DNA from: Balanoglossus misakiensis
Lineage: Eukaryota; Animalia; Hemichordata
Direction of reading: 5' to 3'
Assembly: GCA_040954595.2 (NCBI GenBank)
Contig: CM082592.2
Location: forward strand, 682,001-746,000
DNA length: 64,000 nt
The position numbers and the translations under genes are program-made. Below are positions 51,537 through 64,000 of this stretch, piece by piece (position 1 is the first letter of the stretch; every line of letters starts with the position of its first letter). A model generated the notes under the pieces. That model saw nothing but the letters and a program-made list of their open reading frames with translations. It was not told where the DNA came from and ran no database searches.

Positions 51537-52606
51537 TAAAACCGGTTTTTCTGAGGCACAACGAATTCAGCAGAAACAATCCTGACGCTGCACAGATATC
51601 CGGACCAGAGCTGGTAAGCGCCATGGCAGACGCGATCGACCCGAACGGAATTACTGGAATACAGCGTATTCGAGGGCTATGGCGATTATATGTAAAAGAC
51701 AATGCGGACAGAATTATACTTCTGACAGGTGGTATAAATATGCGTGGCAGAAATGTTACACTCCACGATGAAAATCCATTCCTCACTTCGAAGAGGGACA
51801 CGACAGACCGGATCATCGTGAGAAACTTGCCACTGTCAGCAGATGATTCCGTAATACGGCAGAAATTTGACGTCCTTGGTATGAAAATTAAAGCGATAAC
51901 AAGAGCCAAATGGAGAATTGATGGGAAGCTGTCGAATATCGACAACGGAGACCGCTTTGTGTTCGTCGAGAAGTTGAAACAACCTATACCAACAGATTGG
52001 CAGGTGAGAATGGGCACCTTTCTGGTAAACCTGCTGTACAGAGAACCTAGACCATCGAGTGAGGCGGACGCTAATGCAGAACCTTACTGCTACAACTGTC
52101 TGCAACGAGGACACAGAAGACACGAGTGCCACAACGCCGTTGCGTGCACATTGTGTAAGGTGAGCGGACATATTAGGGCGCAGTGTCCATCACGCACAGA
52201 CACTAGTCGTTATGTGACCAGACTCCAGAGAGTTGAAACGACCGATACACACGACAGAGATGGAGCCAAAGAAGGAGAGAAGACATCACCAAGTCTGCAT
52301 GCCGCAGATGAGAAGAAAACCGCCGCTGGGGAAAGTGTGACCAGAAAAGAGCAGTCCACTCAACCAAAAATCACAGCCTTCGTTGCCGGACTACAAATGA
52401 CTAGCAAGACACCGACAGATGTCAAACGTAAACACATCAGCACGTCCACAGAGCTATCGACCTCCACTATGCTATCGGAAGAAGAGGTATTGGAGTCGGA
52501 AAATGAAAGACCCGCGACTTCAGAGCTCGTTAAAGACACTCGTGGCGATTCCCGAAGAACACGAAGAGAAGATAAAAAGAGGAAGAAGGCAAAACGTAAA
52601 CGATAA
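51537..52606 (+). pseudogene. LINE ORF1, lacking its N-terminus
   Basis: The frame is open from the junction (VKPVFLRHNEF, aligning with GVLPVFLKQSDI of family A ORF1); CYNCLQRGHRRHEC and CTLCKVSGHIRAQC; basic tail KKRKKAKRKR. Confidence 0.87.
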
Positions 52607-52645
52607 GTAGTAAGATATAGAAGATATAGGGCTTCTTTGCCACCT

Positions 52646-55600
52646 ATGAACTCAAATAACATACATTTGTTATCTCTAAACTGTCGGGGTTTAAGAGGTG
52701 ATGAGAAAAGACGACAAATATTTCAGTGGTGTAGAGACCAAAAACCACATGTATTATTGTTACAAGAAACTTACTGGGACGAACAAATTCAAGATCAAAT
52801 TTGCAGAGAGTGGAAAGGGAAAATGTTCCATTCTTTTGGTACTAACCACAGTAAAGGGGTTACGATTTTTGTCGATGAAAAATTGGATCATGAGATAAAG
52901 TATTCAAAAAGAGACCAGTATGGGAGAAAATTACTTGTATCTTTAGATATCAATGGTGAAACATTTACTATAGTTAATATTTACGCACCAAATCAACCCA
53001 AAGAAAGGGAGCTTTTCTTTATGTCTTTGAAATGTTGGATTCAAAAACATACGAATGGGGATGACTACGTGTTCATTGGGGGTGATTTCAACACCGTTTC
53101 AGATGCGAAGGTTGATTCATTTGGAACGAAGTGTCATTCTGTTAAATCTAAGAAACTGGGCGGGATTTTGAAATCTTTTAAATTGTGTGATGTATGGCGA
53201 GAAATGAACCCTGCTAAACTACAGTTCACCTGGAGACAAGTTAACCGTGGAATTGCGAGTAGACTTGACTTTTGGTTAATTCCCCATGACCTTCTTTCTA
53301 GTGTTAACTCTGCCGATATTCGGCCGACTATTAGAACAGACCATAATGCCATTTCCTTAAAGATTAGCCCTTAAAAAAAATATTGTAAAGGCCCGGGATA
53401 TTGGAAGCTCAATACGAGTCTACTCAAGGATGACAACTATAGAATAATAATAAACAACGTCATAACACAAGCCATAACAAATTATCAAAAACTTTATGAT
53501 TATAGAAGTTTATTAGATCTAATTAAGGTGAAAGTTAGAGAAGCAAGTATTAAATATGGAAGGGAAAAGGAAAAATATAAAAAAAAGAGACAAGCAATAA
53601 TTCAAGAACAGCTAAAAGAAATTGAAGATAAATTACTTAGAGATAACAGGGGAAAGGAAGACCTAATAAACATTTATGAAGAAAAAAAGAGGGAACTAAC
53701 TCAGCTATATGTAAATAAACTACGTGGGATTCAAATTAGATCCAGAGTGAAGTGGTACGAAGAAGGAGAAAGAAACAGTCGTTATTTCCTGGGACTAGAA
53801 AAGAAAAGATCTAGAGCAAAACATATAAACAGGTTGATGGTTAATGATAAGGTTATTACAAAGACAGATGAGATATTAGCAGAAGAAAAGGCTTTTTATG
53901 AAGATCTTTATAAATCCAAGAGTGTTAATAACAGTAAAGTTAAAAAATACATAAATGACATTAAAATAGAGTCTAAGATCAAAGCAAGTAAGGCATTATT
54001 GTGTGATGGTAAAGTTTCTGAGGAGGAATGTCTAAAAGCCATGCGCAGAATGAAAAGCAACAAAACACCAGGACCAGATGGCATTCCTATAGAATTTTAC
54101 AGAGTGTTTTGGAAAAATATAGGTAAGATAGCAGTAGACGCATTTAATGAAGGTTATGATAAAGGTACGCTAGCCAATTCTCAGTGTAATGGTATCATAA
54201 CGTTAATACATAAAAAGGAGTGTAGGCTTAATCTAAAAAATTGGAGGCCCATATCGCTGCTCAATCATGATTACAAAATATTATCATGCGTGTTAGCTAA
54301 TAGACTAAATCAGGTTATACCCAAGTTGATTAGTACTGACCAAGTGGGTTATATGAAAGGACGTTTTAGTGGCCAAAACGTTCGGCTTATTCAGGATATT
54401 ATCGACTTCTCGGAGAAACGTAACAAGGGGGGAGCAATTTTGTTCCTTGACTTTTGTAAGGCTTTTGATACTGTCGAACACAATTTTATGTTCTTAGCTC
54501 TGGAAAAATTTGGATTAGGTCATTCTTTTATAACATGGATTAAAACTATCTATTCCAAGTGTAATAGTTCCATCATAAATAATGGTTGGATAACGCCACT
54601 TTTTAATCTACAAAGGGGCATTCGACAGGGATGTCCCCTGTCTGCGATTTTATTTTTAATAGTAGCAGAAATTCTTGCAACTGTAATTAGAAATGATGAC
54701 GAAATAGAGGGTTTCAAAGTCAATAATTATAAAGTTAAGATCACACAATTAGCTGATTATATGCAGGTATACATAAGCAAAGAAAAATCTCTCATGCGTT
54801 TACTTAACTTGATTGATGAGTATGGGAAGTATTCTGGTTTGAAACTAAATAGAGACAAGACGGAAGGCTTAAAACTAGGAGGCTGGAAAGCTAAGAACAA
54901 CCTTGGCTTGATTTCATGGCCTGATAAACCAATTAAAGTATTGGGTGTTTATTTTGGATATGCACGTTTTGAAGAGGAAGTAAGGAAGTTAAATTGGGAT
55001 ACTAAGATTGACAGAATTGAAATACTCTTAGATTCATGGAAGAAAAGATATTTGTCAATTTTTGGAAAAATCACAATTATTAAATGTTTAGCCATGTCGA
55101 AAATAACATATTTGGCATCGATGATTGACATTCCTGATGCCGTGATAAATAGATTAAGTAGTTTGTTCTATGATTTTTTATGGAGTGGGAAAAAAGGGAA
55201 GATTTAGAGGGAAATCATTATAAATAAATATGAAAAGGGAGGGGTACAAATGATTGATATCAGGTCAATGGTGAAGGCACTGAAATGCAGATGGGTGGAA
55301 CGGCTCATGAAAGCTAATTGTGATACGTGGAAAGCAGTGATTGATTTTTATTTCAAAGATTTCGGAGGGATCAAAAATATCTTCTCTTATAATTTAGACA
55401 AAAGAGGTTTAACTTTCATTACGAGAAACATGCCAAACTTTTACAGAAATGTTCTATTTAGCTGGTACGATATTGTCATGAATAACAACAAGGTTAAAAT
55501 GTCTCCGAACAATATTGGAGAGGAAGTAATTTCGGGAAATCAACATATAACATGTAATAATAGAGTCTTGTTTTTTACTGAATGGATTGACTGCAACATA

Positions 55601-56398
55601 ATGTATGTTTCAGATTTGTTTCAAAAAGGTGTTTTCATGAAACGGGGCTATTTATTAGAAAAATTGAAAAACAAAAGAAATTGGATAACACAGTATCTAA
55701 TACTGAAAAAAGTCATACCAAACGAATGGAAGAGAAGAATGATGTCTGCTAAGAGCTTTCTGTGTGTAAATCGAGATATAAAGACAATAATGAAAAAAGA
55801 TCACACAGGGAAATACAAAAATATACATGATTTTTCATGCAAAGATTTTTATTGGAACATTGTGAACAGAAAGGCGTTGAAGTCATATGCGCCGACATTT
55901 TGGGCAAATAGTTGTGATACAGAACACATAAACTGGGCGTTAATCATGAAAATTAAAATAAAAGACATGGGTGTTAAAAAAATTGCCCAATTTAATTATT
56001 TTTTACTTTACAACAAAATCCCACACGGTTTAAATCTGTGGAAATGGAAGAAAGCAGACAATCCGAATTGTGAAATATGTAAATGTACGGATGACTGCAT
56101 GCATTTTCTTTTTGATTGCTCTGTTGTGAAACATTTTTGGAAAAGACTGAACGTTCTTATTAATACTGTGTACAATATTAACATAAAGCTAATTTGGAAG
56201 CATATTGTATTTGGGTACATGATGGAATGTGACAAGCTTGAATCACTAAATATGATCATAATGGTGGCAACTTTTTGTGTATACAAAGCAAGAATTATTA
56301 ACGAAAATCACATACGCCGATTATTAATAGAAGAGTTAACGTACTCTCAACAGATAAAAAAGGATGGAAAAATCCATGAGTGTCCAAGTCTTCTTTGA
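52646..56398 (+). pseudogene. LINE ORF2 (APE, RT, C-terminal zinc finger), inactivated
   Basis: LLSLNCRGL, LLQET, IYAPN, GDFN, SRLDF, TDH; KTPGPDGI, NWRPISLLNHDYKI, DFCKAFDTV, RQGCPLS; CEICKC...H...C. Frameshift in the A-run at ~53373-53380, catalytic motif reads LADY instead of xADD, in-frame TAG at 55205-55207. Confidence 0.9.
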
Positions 56399-56583
56399 GA
56401 TGTAAAATTATTATAGAGTTCACCATAACTATATGTATTTGAAATATTGATAATGAACAGAAACATTGTAAAGTTGGATCTTGCCTTTATCAGACGCATG
56501 TGTAAAAATGTATGTTAATTGAGTGGGATGTAAAAATGTACGTTAATTTGAGTTGAATAAACATTACTTTAAAGAAAAAAAAA

Positions 56584-59500
56584 ATAATGTAGGGGGGGGG
56601 GAACAGAACGGTTCAATACTACATTTATTAGATATCAGCTAATTTTCGACAATCATCTAAAATCTAAATCATTTTTTCATATTTGGATATCTGATGATGT
56701 ATGAAATTTCCATTATATGTAAAAATGGTGCTGATTATAAAAAATGCACTCTGATTTAATACAAAATTGCGTTTTATTCGTTTTTGCACCAAAAAGGTCA
56801 TTTTTAGGCAAAACATTCTTTATTTTTTTAATTCGGTGACCTGATCATATATAAACAATTGCTTGTATGTTAAAAGTTTTTATGACTTTTAAAAGCAGTG
56901 ACACTGGCGGCATTCAACACGAAAATAACAATTTTAGCCACAATTTGGTCAAAATGGTAAATTTTTGAAAATTACAAAAATACCTGTTTTCTACATTTTC
57001 GGAAATCTGATGGAGTATAGAATGCTCTTCGTATGTATATATCGATACAAATTCCACAAAAAACGGCCAATTTGGCTCACTGCAGACAAAATTGCGTTTT
57101 ACCAAATTTTCCTTGAAAATGTCATTTTTTGAAAAAAAAAATAAAAAAACCTTTGTTCTTCGAATTTGGTGCCCTGATCATATATGACATGTTGATTGTA
57201 TGTTAAAACTTTCGACCACACCAAAAATGCAGAGATATTGACGGAATTCAAGAAAAAATAGCCATTTTGGCCATATTTTGACAAAATGGTACATTTTTAC
57301 AAAATCTTAAAAAATAAACTCTTTTCTTCATTTTCGGAAATATTATGGAGCATGAAGTGTCGTTCTCTTGTAAAAAGTGCTGCAAATTCCAGAAAAGGCG
57401 GTATAATTTGAATCACCCAAGACAAAATTACCATTTTCGACTTTTTTTCGAAAAATTGTCTTTTTTACAAAATAAATAAGAATAAATTCTTTTCTTAGTT
57501 TCAAACGGGTAGAGATACTTTCCACACGGGTTTTCTAACATTGAATTCCCGTTCATCAACTCAGATTTCCTACGGCATGGCTTGGATAAAGCCCCGGCAC
57601 TCTAGAGCAGAAACACGCGTACCAGGACCACGTTGATCAAGTCTGATCTCCTACGGCTTGGCTCGACTAAAACCCCGGCACACTATGACAGACACTAGCG
57701 TTCGTTAGCAACGTTGATCAAGTCAGATTTCCTACGGCATGGCTTGGCTAAAGCCCTGGCACTCTAGAGCAGAAACACGCGTACAGAGACCACGTTGATC
57801 TACTCACATTTCCTTCGGCCTGGCACGGCTGATGCCCCGGCACTATATATAGGACACAGACTGGCGTAAGTTAACAACGGTAATCACGTCGGGTTTCCTA
57901 CGGCCTGGCTCAGCTGAAGCCCCGGCACTCAAGAGCAGAAACAGGCGTACATTGACCACGTTGATCAAGTCAGATTTCCTACAGCGTGACTCGGCTGGTG
58001 CACCGGCTCTATATGACACAGACTGGCGTAAGTTATCAACGGTGATTACGTCGGATTTCCTACGGCATGGTTTAGCTGAAGCCCCGCCCTTTAGAGCGGA
58101 AACACGCGTACATTGACCACGATGATCAAGTCAGATCTCCTACGGCCTGGCTCGACTAAAACCCCGGCACACTATGACAGACACTAGCGTTCGTTAGCAA
58201 CGGTGATCAAGTCGGATTTCCTTCGGCCTGGCTCTGCAAAAGACCCGACACTCTAGTACAAAGACGTTGGCTAAGTCGGGCAAACCGAAGAGGGAAAGTC
58301 ACAGCGGGTCAACACTCGACATTTGTTCGGGTAGGAATGCATTATTGCCTGTCAATTTATAGAGGAAGCCCGAATTTAACCAGGGCGTTTCCAACACCGA
58401 TGTTAGTTGGGGGCACGGCCTGCAGTACTGCCGGGTAAGCTGACATGGGCGTACCGCATATAATGTAACGGGGGGGGGGGGGGGACGGAACGGTTCAATA
58501 CTACATTTATTAGATATCAGCTAATTTTGGACAATCATCTAAAATCTAAATCATTTTTTCATATTTGGATATCTGATGATGTATGAAATTTCCATTATAT
58601 GTAAAAATGGTGCTGATTATAAAAAATGCACTCTGATTTAATACAAAATTGCGTTTTATTCGTTTTTGCACCAAAAAGGTCATTTTTAGGCAAAACATTC
58701 TTTATTTTTTTAATTCGGTGACCTGATCATATATAAACAATTGCTTGTATGTTAAAAGTTTTTATGACTTTTAAAAGCAGTGACACTGGCGGCATTCAAC
58801 ACGAAAATAACAATTTTAGCCACAATTTGGTCAAAATGGTAAATTTTTGAAAATTACAAAAATACCTGTTTTCTACATTTTCGGAAATCTGATGGAGTAT
58901 AGAATGCTCTTCGTATGTATATATCGATACAAATTCCACAAAAAACGGCCAATTTGGCTCACTGCAGACAAAATTGCGTTTTACCAAATTTTCCTTGAAA
59001 ATGTCATTTTTTGAAAAAATAAATAAAAAAACCTTTGTTCTTCGAATTTGGTGCCCTGATCATATATGACATGTTGATTGTATGTTAAAACTTTCGACCA
59101 CACCAAAAATGCAGAGATATTGACGGAATTCAAGAAAAAATAGCCATTTTGGCCATATTTTGACAAAATGGTACATTTTTACAAAATCTTAAAAAATAAA
59201 CTCTTTTCTTCATTTTCGGAAATATTATGGAGCATGAAGTGTCGTTCTCTTGTAAAAAGTGCTGCAAATTCCAGAAAAGGCGGTATAATTTGAATCACCC
59301 AAGACAAAATTACCATTTTCGACTTTTTTTCGAAAAATTGTCTTTTTTACAAAATAAATAAGAATAAATTCTTTTCTTAGTTTCAAACGGGTAGAGATAC
59401 TTTCCACACGGGTTTTCTAACATTGAATTCCCGTTCATCAACTCAGATTTCCTACGGCATGGCTTGGATAAAGCCCCGGCACTCTAGAGCAGAAACACGC

Positions 59501-62500
59501 GTACCAGGACCACGTTGATCAAGTCTGATCTCCTACGGCTTGGCTCGACTAAAACCCCGGCACACTATGACAGACACTAGCGTTCGTTAGCAACGTTGAT
59601 CAAGTCAGATTTCCTACGGCATGGCTTGGCTAAAGCCCTGGCACTCTAGAGCAGAAACACGCGTACAGAGACCACGTTGATCTACTCACATTTCCTTCGG
59701 CCTGGCACGGCTGATGCCCCGGCACTATATATAGGACACAGACTGGCGTAAGTTAACAACGGTAATCACGTCGGGTTTCCTACGGCCTGGCTCAGCTGAA
59801 GCCCCGGCACTCAAGAGCAGAAACAGGCGTACATTGACCACGTTGATCAAGTCAGATTTCCTACAGCGTGACTCGGCTGGTGCACCGGCTCTATATGACA
59901 CAGACTGGCGTAAGTTATCAACGGTGATTACGTCGGATTTCCTACGGCATGGTTTAGCTGAAGCCCCGCCCTTTAGAGCGGAAACACGCGTACATTGACC
60001 ACGATGATCAAGTCAGATCTCCTACGGCCTGGCTCGACTAAAACCCCGGCACACTATGACAGACACTAGCGTTCGTTAGCAACGGTGATCAAGTCGGATT
60101 TCCTTCGGCCTGGCTCTGCAAAAGACCCGACACTCTAGTACAAAGACGTTGGCTAAGTCGGGCAAACCGAAGAGGGAAAGTCACAGCGGGTCAACACTCG
60201 ACATTTGTTCGGGTAGGAATGCATTATTGCCTGTCAATTTATAGAGGAAGCCCGAATTTAACCAGGGCGTTTCCAACACCGATGTTAGTTGGGGGCACGG
60301 CCTGCAGTACTGCCGGGTAAGCTGACATGGGCGTACCGCATATAATGTAACGGGGGGGGGGGGACGGAACGGTTCAATACTACATTTATTAGATATCAGC
60401 TAATTTTGGACAATCATCTAAAATCTAAATCATTTTTTCATATTTGGATATCTGATGATGTAGGAAATTTCCATTATATGTTAAAATGGTGCTGATTATA
60501 AAAAATGCACTCTGAATGAGCTGATTTAATACAAAATTGCGTTTTATTCGTTTTTGCACCAAAAAGGTCATTTTTAGGCAAAACATTCTTTATTTTTTTA
60601 ATTCGGTGACCTGATCATATATAAACAATTGCTTGTATGTTAAAAGTTTTTATGACTTTTAAAAGCAGTGACACTGGCGGCATTCAACACGAAAATAACA
60701 ATTTTAGCCACAATTTGGTCAAAATGGTAAATTTTTGAAAATTATAAAAAATACCTGTTTTCTACATTTTCGGAAATCTGATGGAGTATAGAATGCTCTT
60801 CGTATGTATATATCGATACAAATTCCACAAAAGACCGTCTAATTTGGCTCACTGCAGACAAAATTGCGTTTTACCAAATTTTCCTTGAAAATGTCATTTT
60901 TAGAAAAACAAATAAAAAAACCTTTGTTCTTTGAATTTGGTGCCCTGATCATATATGACATGTTGATTGTATGTTAAAACTTTCGACCACTCCAAAAATG
61001 CAGAGATATTGACGGAATTCAAGAAAAAATAGCCATTTTGGCCATATTTTGACAAAAATGGTAAATTTTTAAAAAATCATAAAAAATTAACTCTTTTCTT
61101 CATTTTCGGAAATATTATGGAGCATGAAGTGTCGTTCTCTTGTAAAAAGTGCTGCAAATTCCAGAAAAGGCGGTATACTTTGAATCACCCAAGACAAAAT
61201 TACCATTTTCGACTTTTTTTCGAAAAATTGTCTTTTTTACAAAATAAATAAGAATAAATTCTTTTCTTAGTTTCAAACGGGTAGAGATACTTTCCACACG
61301 GGTTTCCTAACATTGACTTCCCGTTCATCAACTCAGATTTCCTACAGCATAAGTCGGCTAAAACCCTGACACTCTAGAGCAGAAACAGTTGCACACTGAA
61401 AACGTTGAACGAGTCGATTTTTCTACGGCCTGGCTCGGCTAAATCTCCGTCACAATATGACAGACACTAGCGTACGTTAGCAACGGTGATCAAGTGAGAT
61501 TTCCTACGGCATGGCTTGGCTAAAGCCCTGGCACTCTAGAGCAGAAACACGCGTACAGAGACCACGTTGATCTACTCATATTTCCTTCGGCCTGGCACGG
61601 CTGATGCCCCGGCACTATATATAGGACACAGACTGGCGTAAGGTAACAACGGTAATCACGTCGGGTTTCCTACGGCCTGGCTCAGCTGAAGCCCCGGCAC
61701 TCTAGAGCAGAAACACGCGTACAGAGACCACGTTGATCAAGTCTGATCTCCTACGGCTTGGCTCGACTAAAACCCCGGCACACTATGACAGACACTAGCG
61801 TTCGTTAGCAACGTTGATCAAGTCAGATTTCCTACGGCTTGGCTTGGCTAAAACCCTGGCACTCTAGAGCAGAAACACGCGTACAGAGACCACGTTAATC
61901 TACTCACATTTCCTTCGGCCTGGCACGGCTGATGCCCCGGCACTATATATATGACACAGACTGGCGTAAGTTAACAACGGTAATCACGTCGGGTTTCCTA
62001 CGGCCTGGCTCAGCTGAAGCCCCGGCGCTCTAGAGCAGAAACAGGCGTACATTGACCACGTTGATCAAGTCAGATTTCCTACGGCGTGACTCGGCTGGTG
62101 CACCGGCTCTATATGACACAGACTGGCGTAAGTTATCAACGGTGTTTACGTCGGATTTCCTACGGCCTGGTTTAGCTGAAGCCCCGGCACTTTAGAGCGG
62201 AAACACGCGTACATTGACCACGATGATCAAGTCAGATCTCCTACGGCCTGGCTCGACTAAAACCCCGGCACACCATGACAGACACTAGCGTTCGTTAGCA
62301 ACGGTGATCAAGTCGGATTTCCTTCGGCCTGGCTCTGCAAAAGACCCGACACTCTAGTACAAAGACGTTGGCTAAGTCGGGCAAACCGAACAGGGAAAGT
62401 CACAGTGGGTCAACACTCGACATTTGTTCCGGTAGGACTGCATTATTGCCTGTCAATTTATAGAGAAAGCCCGAATTTAACCAGGGCGTTTCAAACACCG

Positions 62501-64000
62501 ACGTTAGTTGGGGGCACGGCCTGCAGTACTGCCGGGTAAGCTGACATCAGCGTACCGCATATAATGTAGGGGGGGGGGGGGGAACAGAACGGTTAAATAC
62601 TACATTTATCAGATAGCAGCTAATTTTGGACAATCATCTAAAATGTAAATCATCTTTTCATATTTGGATATCTGATGATGTATGACATTTCCATTATATG
62701 TAAAAATGGTGCTGATTATAAAACATGCACTCTGAATGAACTGATTTAATACAAGATTGCGTTTTATTCGTTTTTGCACCAAAAAGGTCATTTTTAGGCA
62801 AAACATTCTTTATTTTTTTAATTCGGTGACCTGATCATATATAAACAATTGCTTGTATGTTAAAAGTTTTTATGACTTTTAAAAGCAGTGACACTGGCGG
62901 CATTCATCACGAAAATAACAATTTTAGCCACAATTTAGTCAAAATGGTAAATTTTTGAAATTTACAAAATATACCTGTTTTCTACATTTTCGGAAATCTG
63001 ATGGAGTGTAGAATGCTCTTCGTATGTATATATCGATACAAATTCCACAAAAGACCGTCTAATTTGGCTCACTGCAGACAAAATTGCGTTTTACCAAATT
63101 TTCCTTGAAAATGTCATTTTTAGAAAAAAAAAAAAAACCTTTGTTCTTCGAATTTGGTGCCCTGATCATATATGACATGTTGATTGTATGTTAAAACTCT
63201 CGACCACTCCAAAAATGCTGAGATATTGACGGAATTCAAGAAAAATAGCCATTTTGGCCATATTTTGACAAAAATGGTAAATTTTTGAAAAATCATAAAA
63301 AATTAACTCTTTTCTTCATTTTCGGAAATATTATGGAGCATGAAGTGTCGTTCTCTTGTAAAAAGTGCTGCAAATTCCAGAAAAGGCGGTATAATTTGAA
63401 TCACCCAAGACAAAATTGCAATTTTTCGACTTTTTTTCGAAAAATTGTCTTTTTTACAAAATAAATAAGAATACATTCTTTTCTTAGTTTCAAACGGGTA
63501 GAGATACTTTCCACACGGGTTTTCTAACATTGAATTCCCGTTCATCAACTCAGATTTCCTACAGCATAAGTCGGCTAAAACCCTGACACTCTAGAGCAGA
63601 AACAGTTGCACACTGGTAACGTTGAACAAGTCGATTTTTCTACGGCCTGGCTCGGCTAAATCTCCGTCACAATATGACAGACACTAGCGTACGTTAGCAA
63701 CGGTGATCAAGTCAGATTTTCTACGGCATGGGTTGGATAAAGCCCCGGCACTCTAGAGCAGAAACACGCGTACAGAGACCACGTTGATCAAGTCTGATCT
63801 CCTACGGCTTGGCTCGACTAAAACCCCGGCACACTATGACAGACACTAGCGTTCGTTAGCAACGTTGATCAAGTCAGATTTCCTACGGCATGGCTTGGCT
63901 AAAGCCCTGGCACTCTAGAGCAGAAACACGCGTACAGAGACCACGTTGATCTACTCACATTTCCTTCGGCCTGGCACGGCTGATGCCCCGGCACTATATA
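56584..64000 (-). repeat. 2.05-kb satellite array, reverse orientation (~3.7 copies including two 1882-bp variants)
   Basis: Poly-G tracts at ~56592, 58470, 60352, 62569; runs off the window end. Confidence 0.97.

Larger units (their letters stand above)
51537..56583 (+). mobile_element. L1/Tx1-like non-LTR retrotransposon, 5'-truncated within ORF1 (~5.05 kb), family B
   Basis: ORF1 with CCHC knuckles, ORF2 APE-RT-CCHC, AATAAA at 56556-56561, A tail, TSD in the satellite poly-G tract. Confidence 0.93.

Noticed and set aside
56498-56553. Short direct repeat (TGTAAAAATGTA.GTTAATT.GAGT x2) in the LINE B 3' UTR
   Set aside because: A small local duplication of a kind common in 3' UTRs; no evidence of function from one copy.
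195-63548. Recurrent 60-90 aa ORFs in the satellite (MESISTRLK..., MNRSVPPP..., MSKYGQNG...)
   Set aside because: Mostly non-ATG starts, frames broken by homopolymer length changes between copies, low-complexity K/F/I content and no domain motifs. The 81-bp unit (27 codons) had stops in the frames I checked.

Overview
Eukaryotic (probably animal; inferred from the TE families) heterochromatin-like satellite DNA with no host genes. About 70% of the window is a tandem array of a ~2.05-kb composite monomer (~23 copies). Each monomer has an AT-rich block of degenerate ~170/340-bp subrepeats, a poly-C/G tract plus a ~200-bp unique linker, and a CpG-rich block of ~11 x 81-bp subrepeats alternating as a 162-bp dimer. 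The array reverses orientation across a large palindrome centred near 12.8 kb. That palindrome is built from two inverted, near-identical 3' halves of one BEL/Pao LTR retrotransposon (9381-12395 and 13181-16195) around a centre with three polarity-reversing junctions, and the mirror symmetry continues into the flanking satellite. Three further insertions interrupt the array: a 5'-deleted BEL/Pao integrase+LTR fragment of another family (22829-24261), and two different L1/Tx1-like LINEs with target-site duplications (43722-48740 minus, apparently full length; 51537-56583 plus, 5'-truncated), both with disrupted ORF2. Everything was read by eye; boundaries are good to a few bases and family names rest on protein motifs, not database searches.
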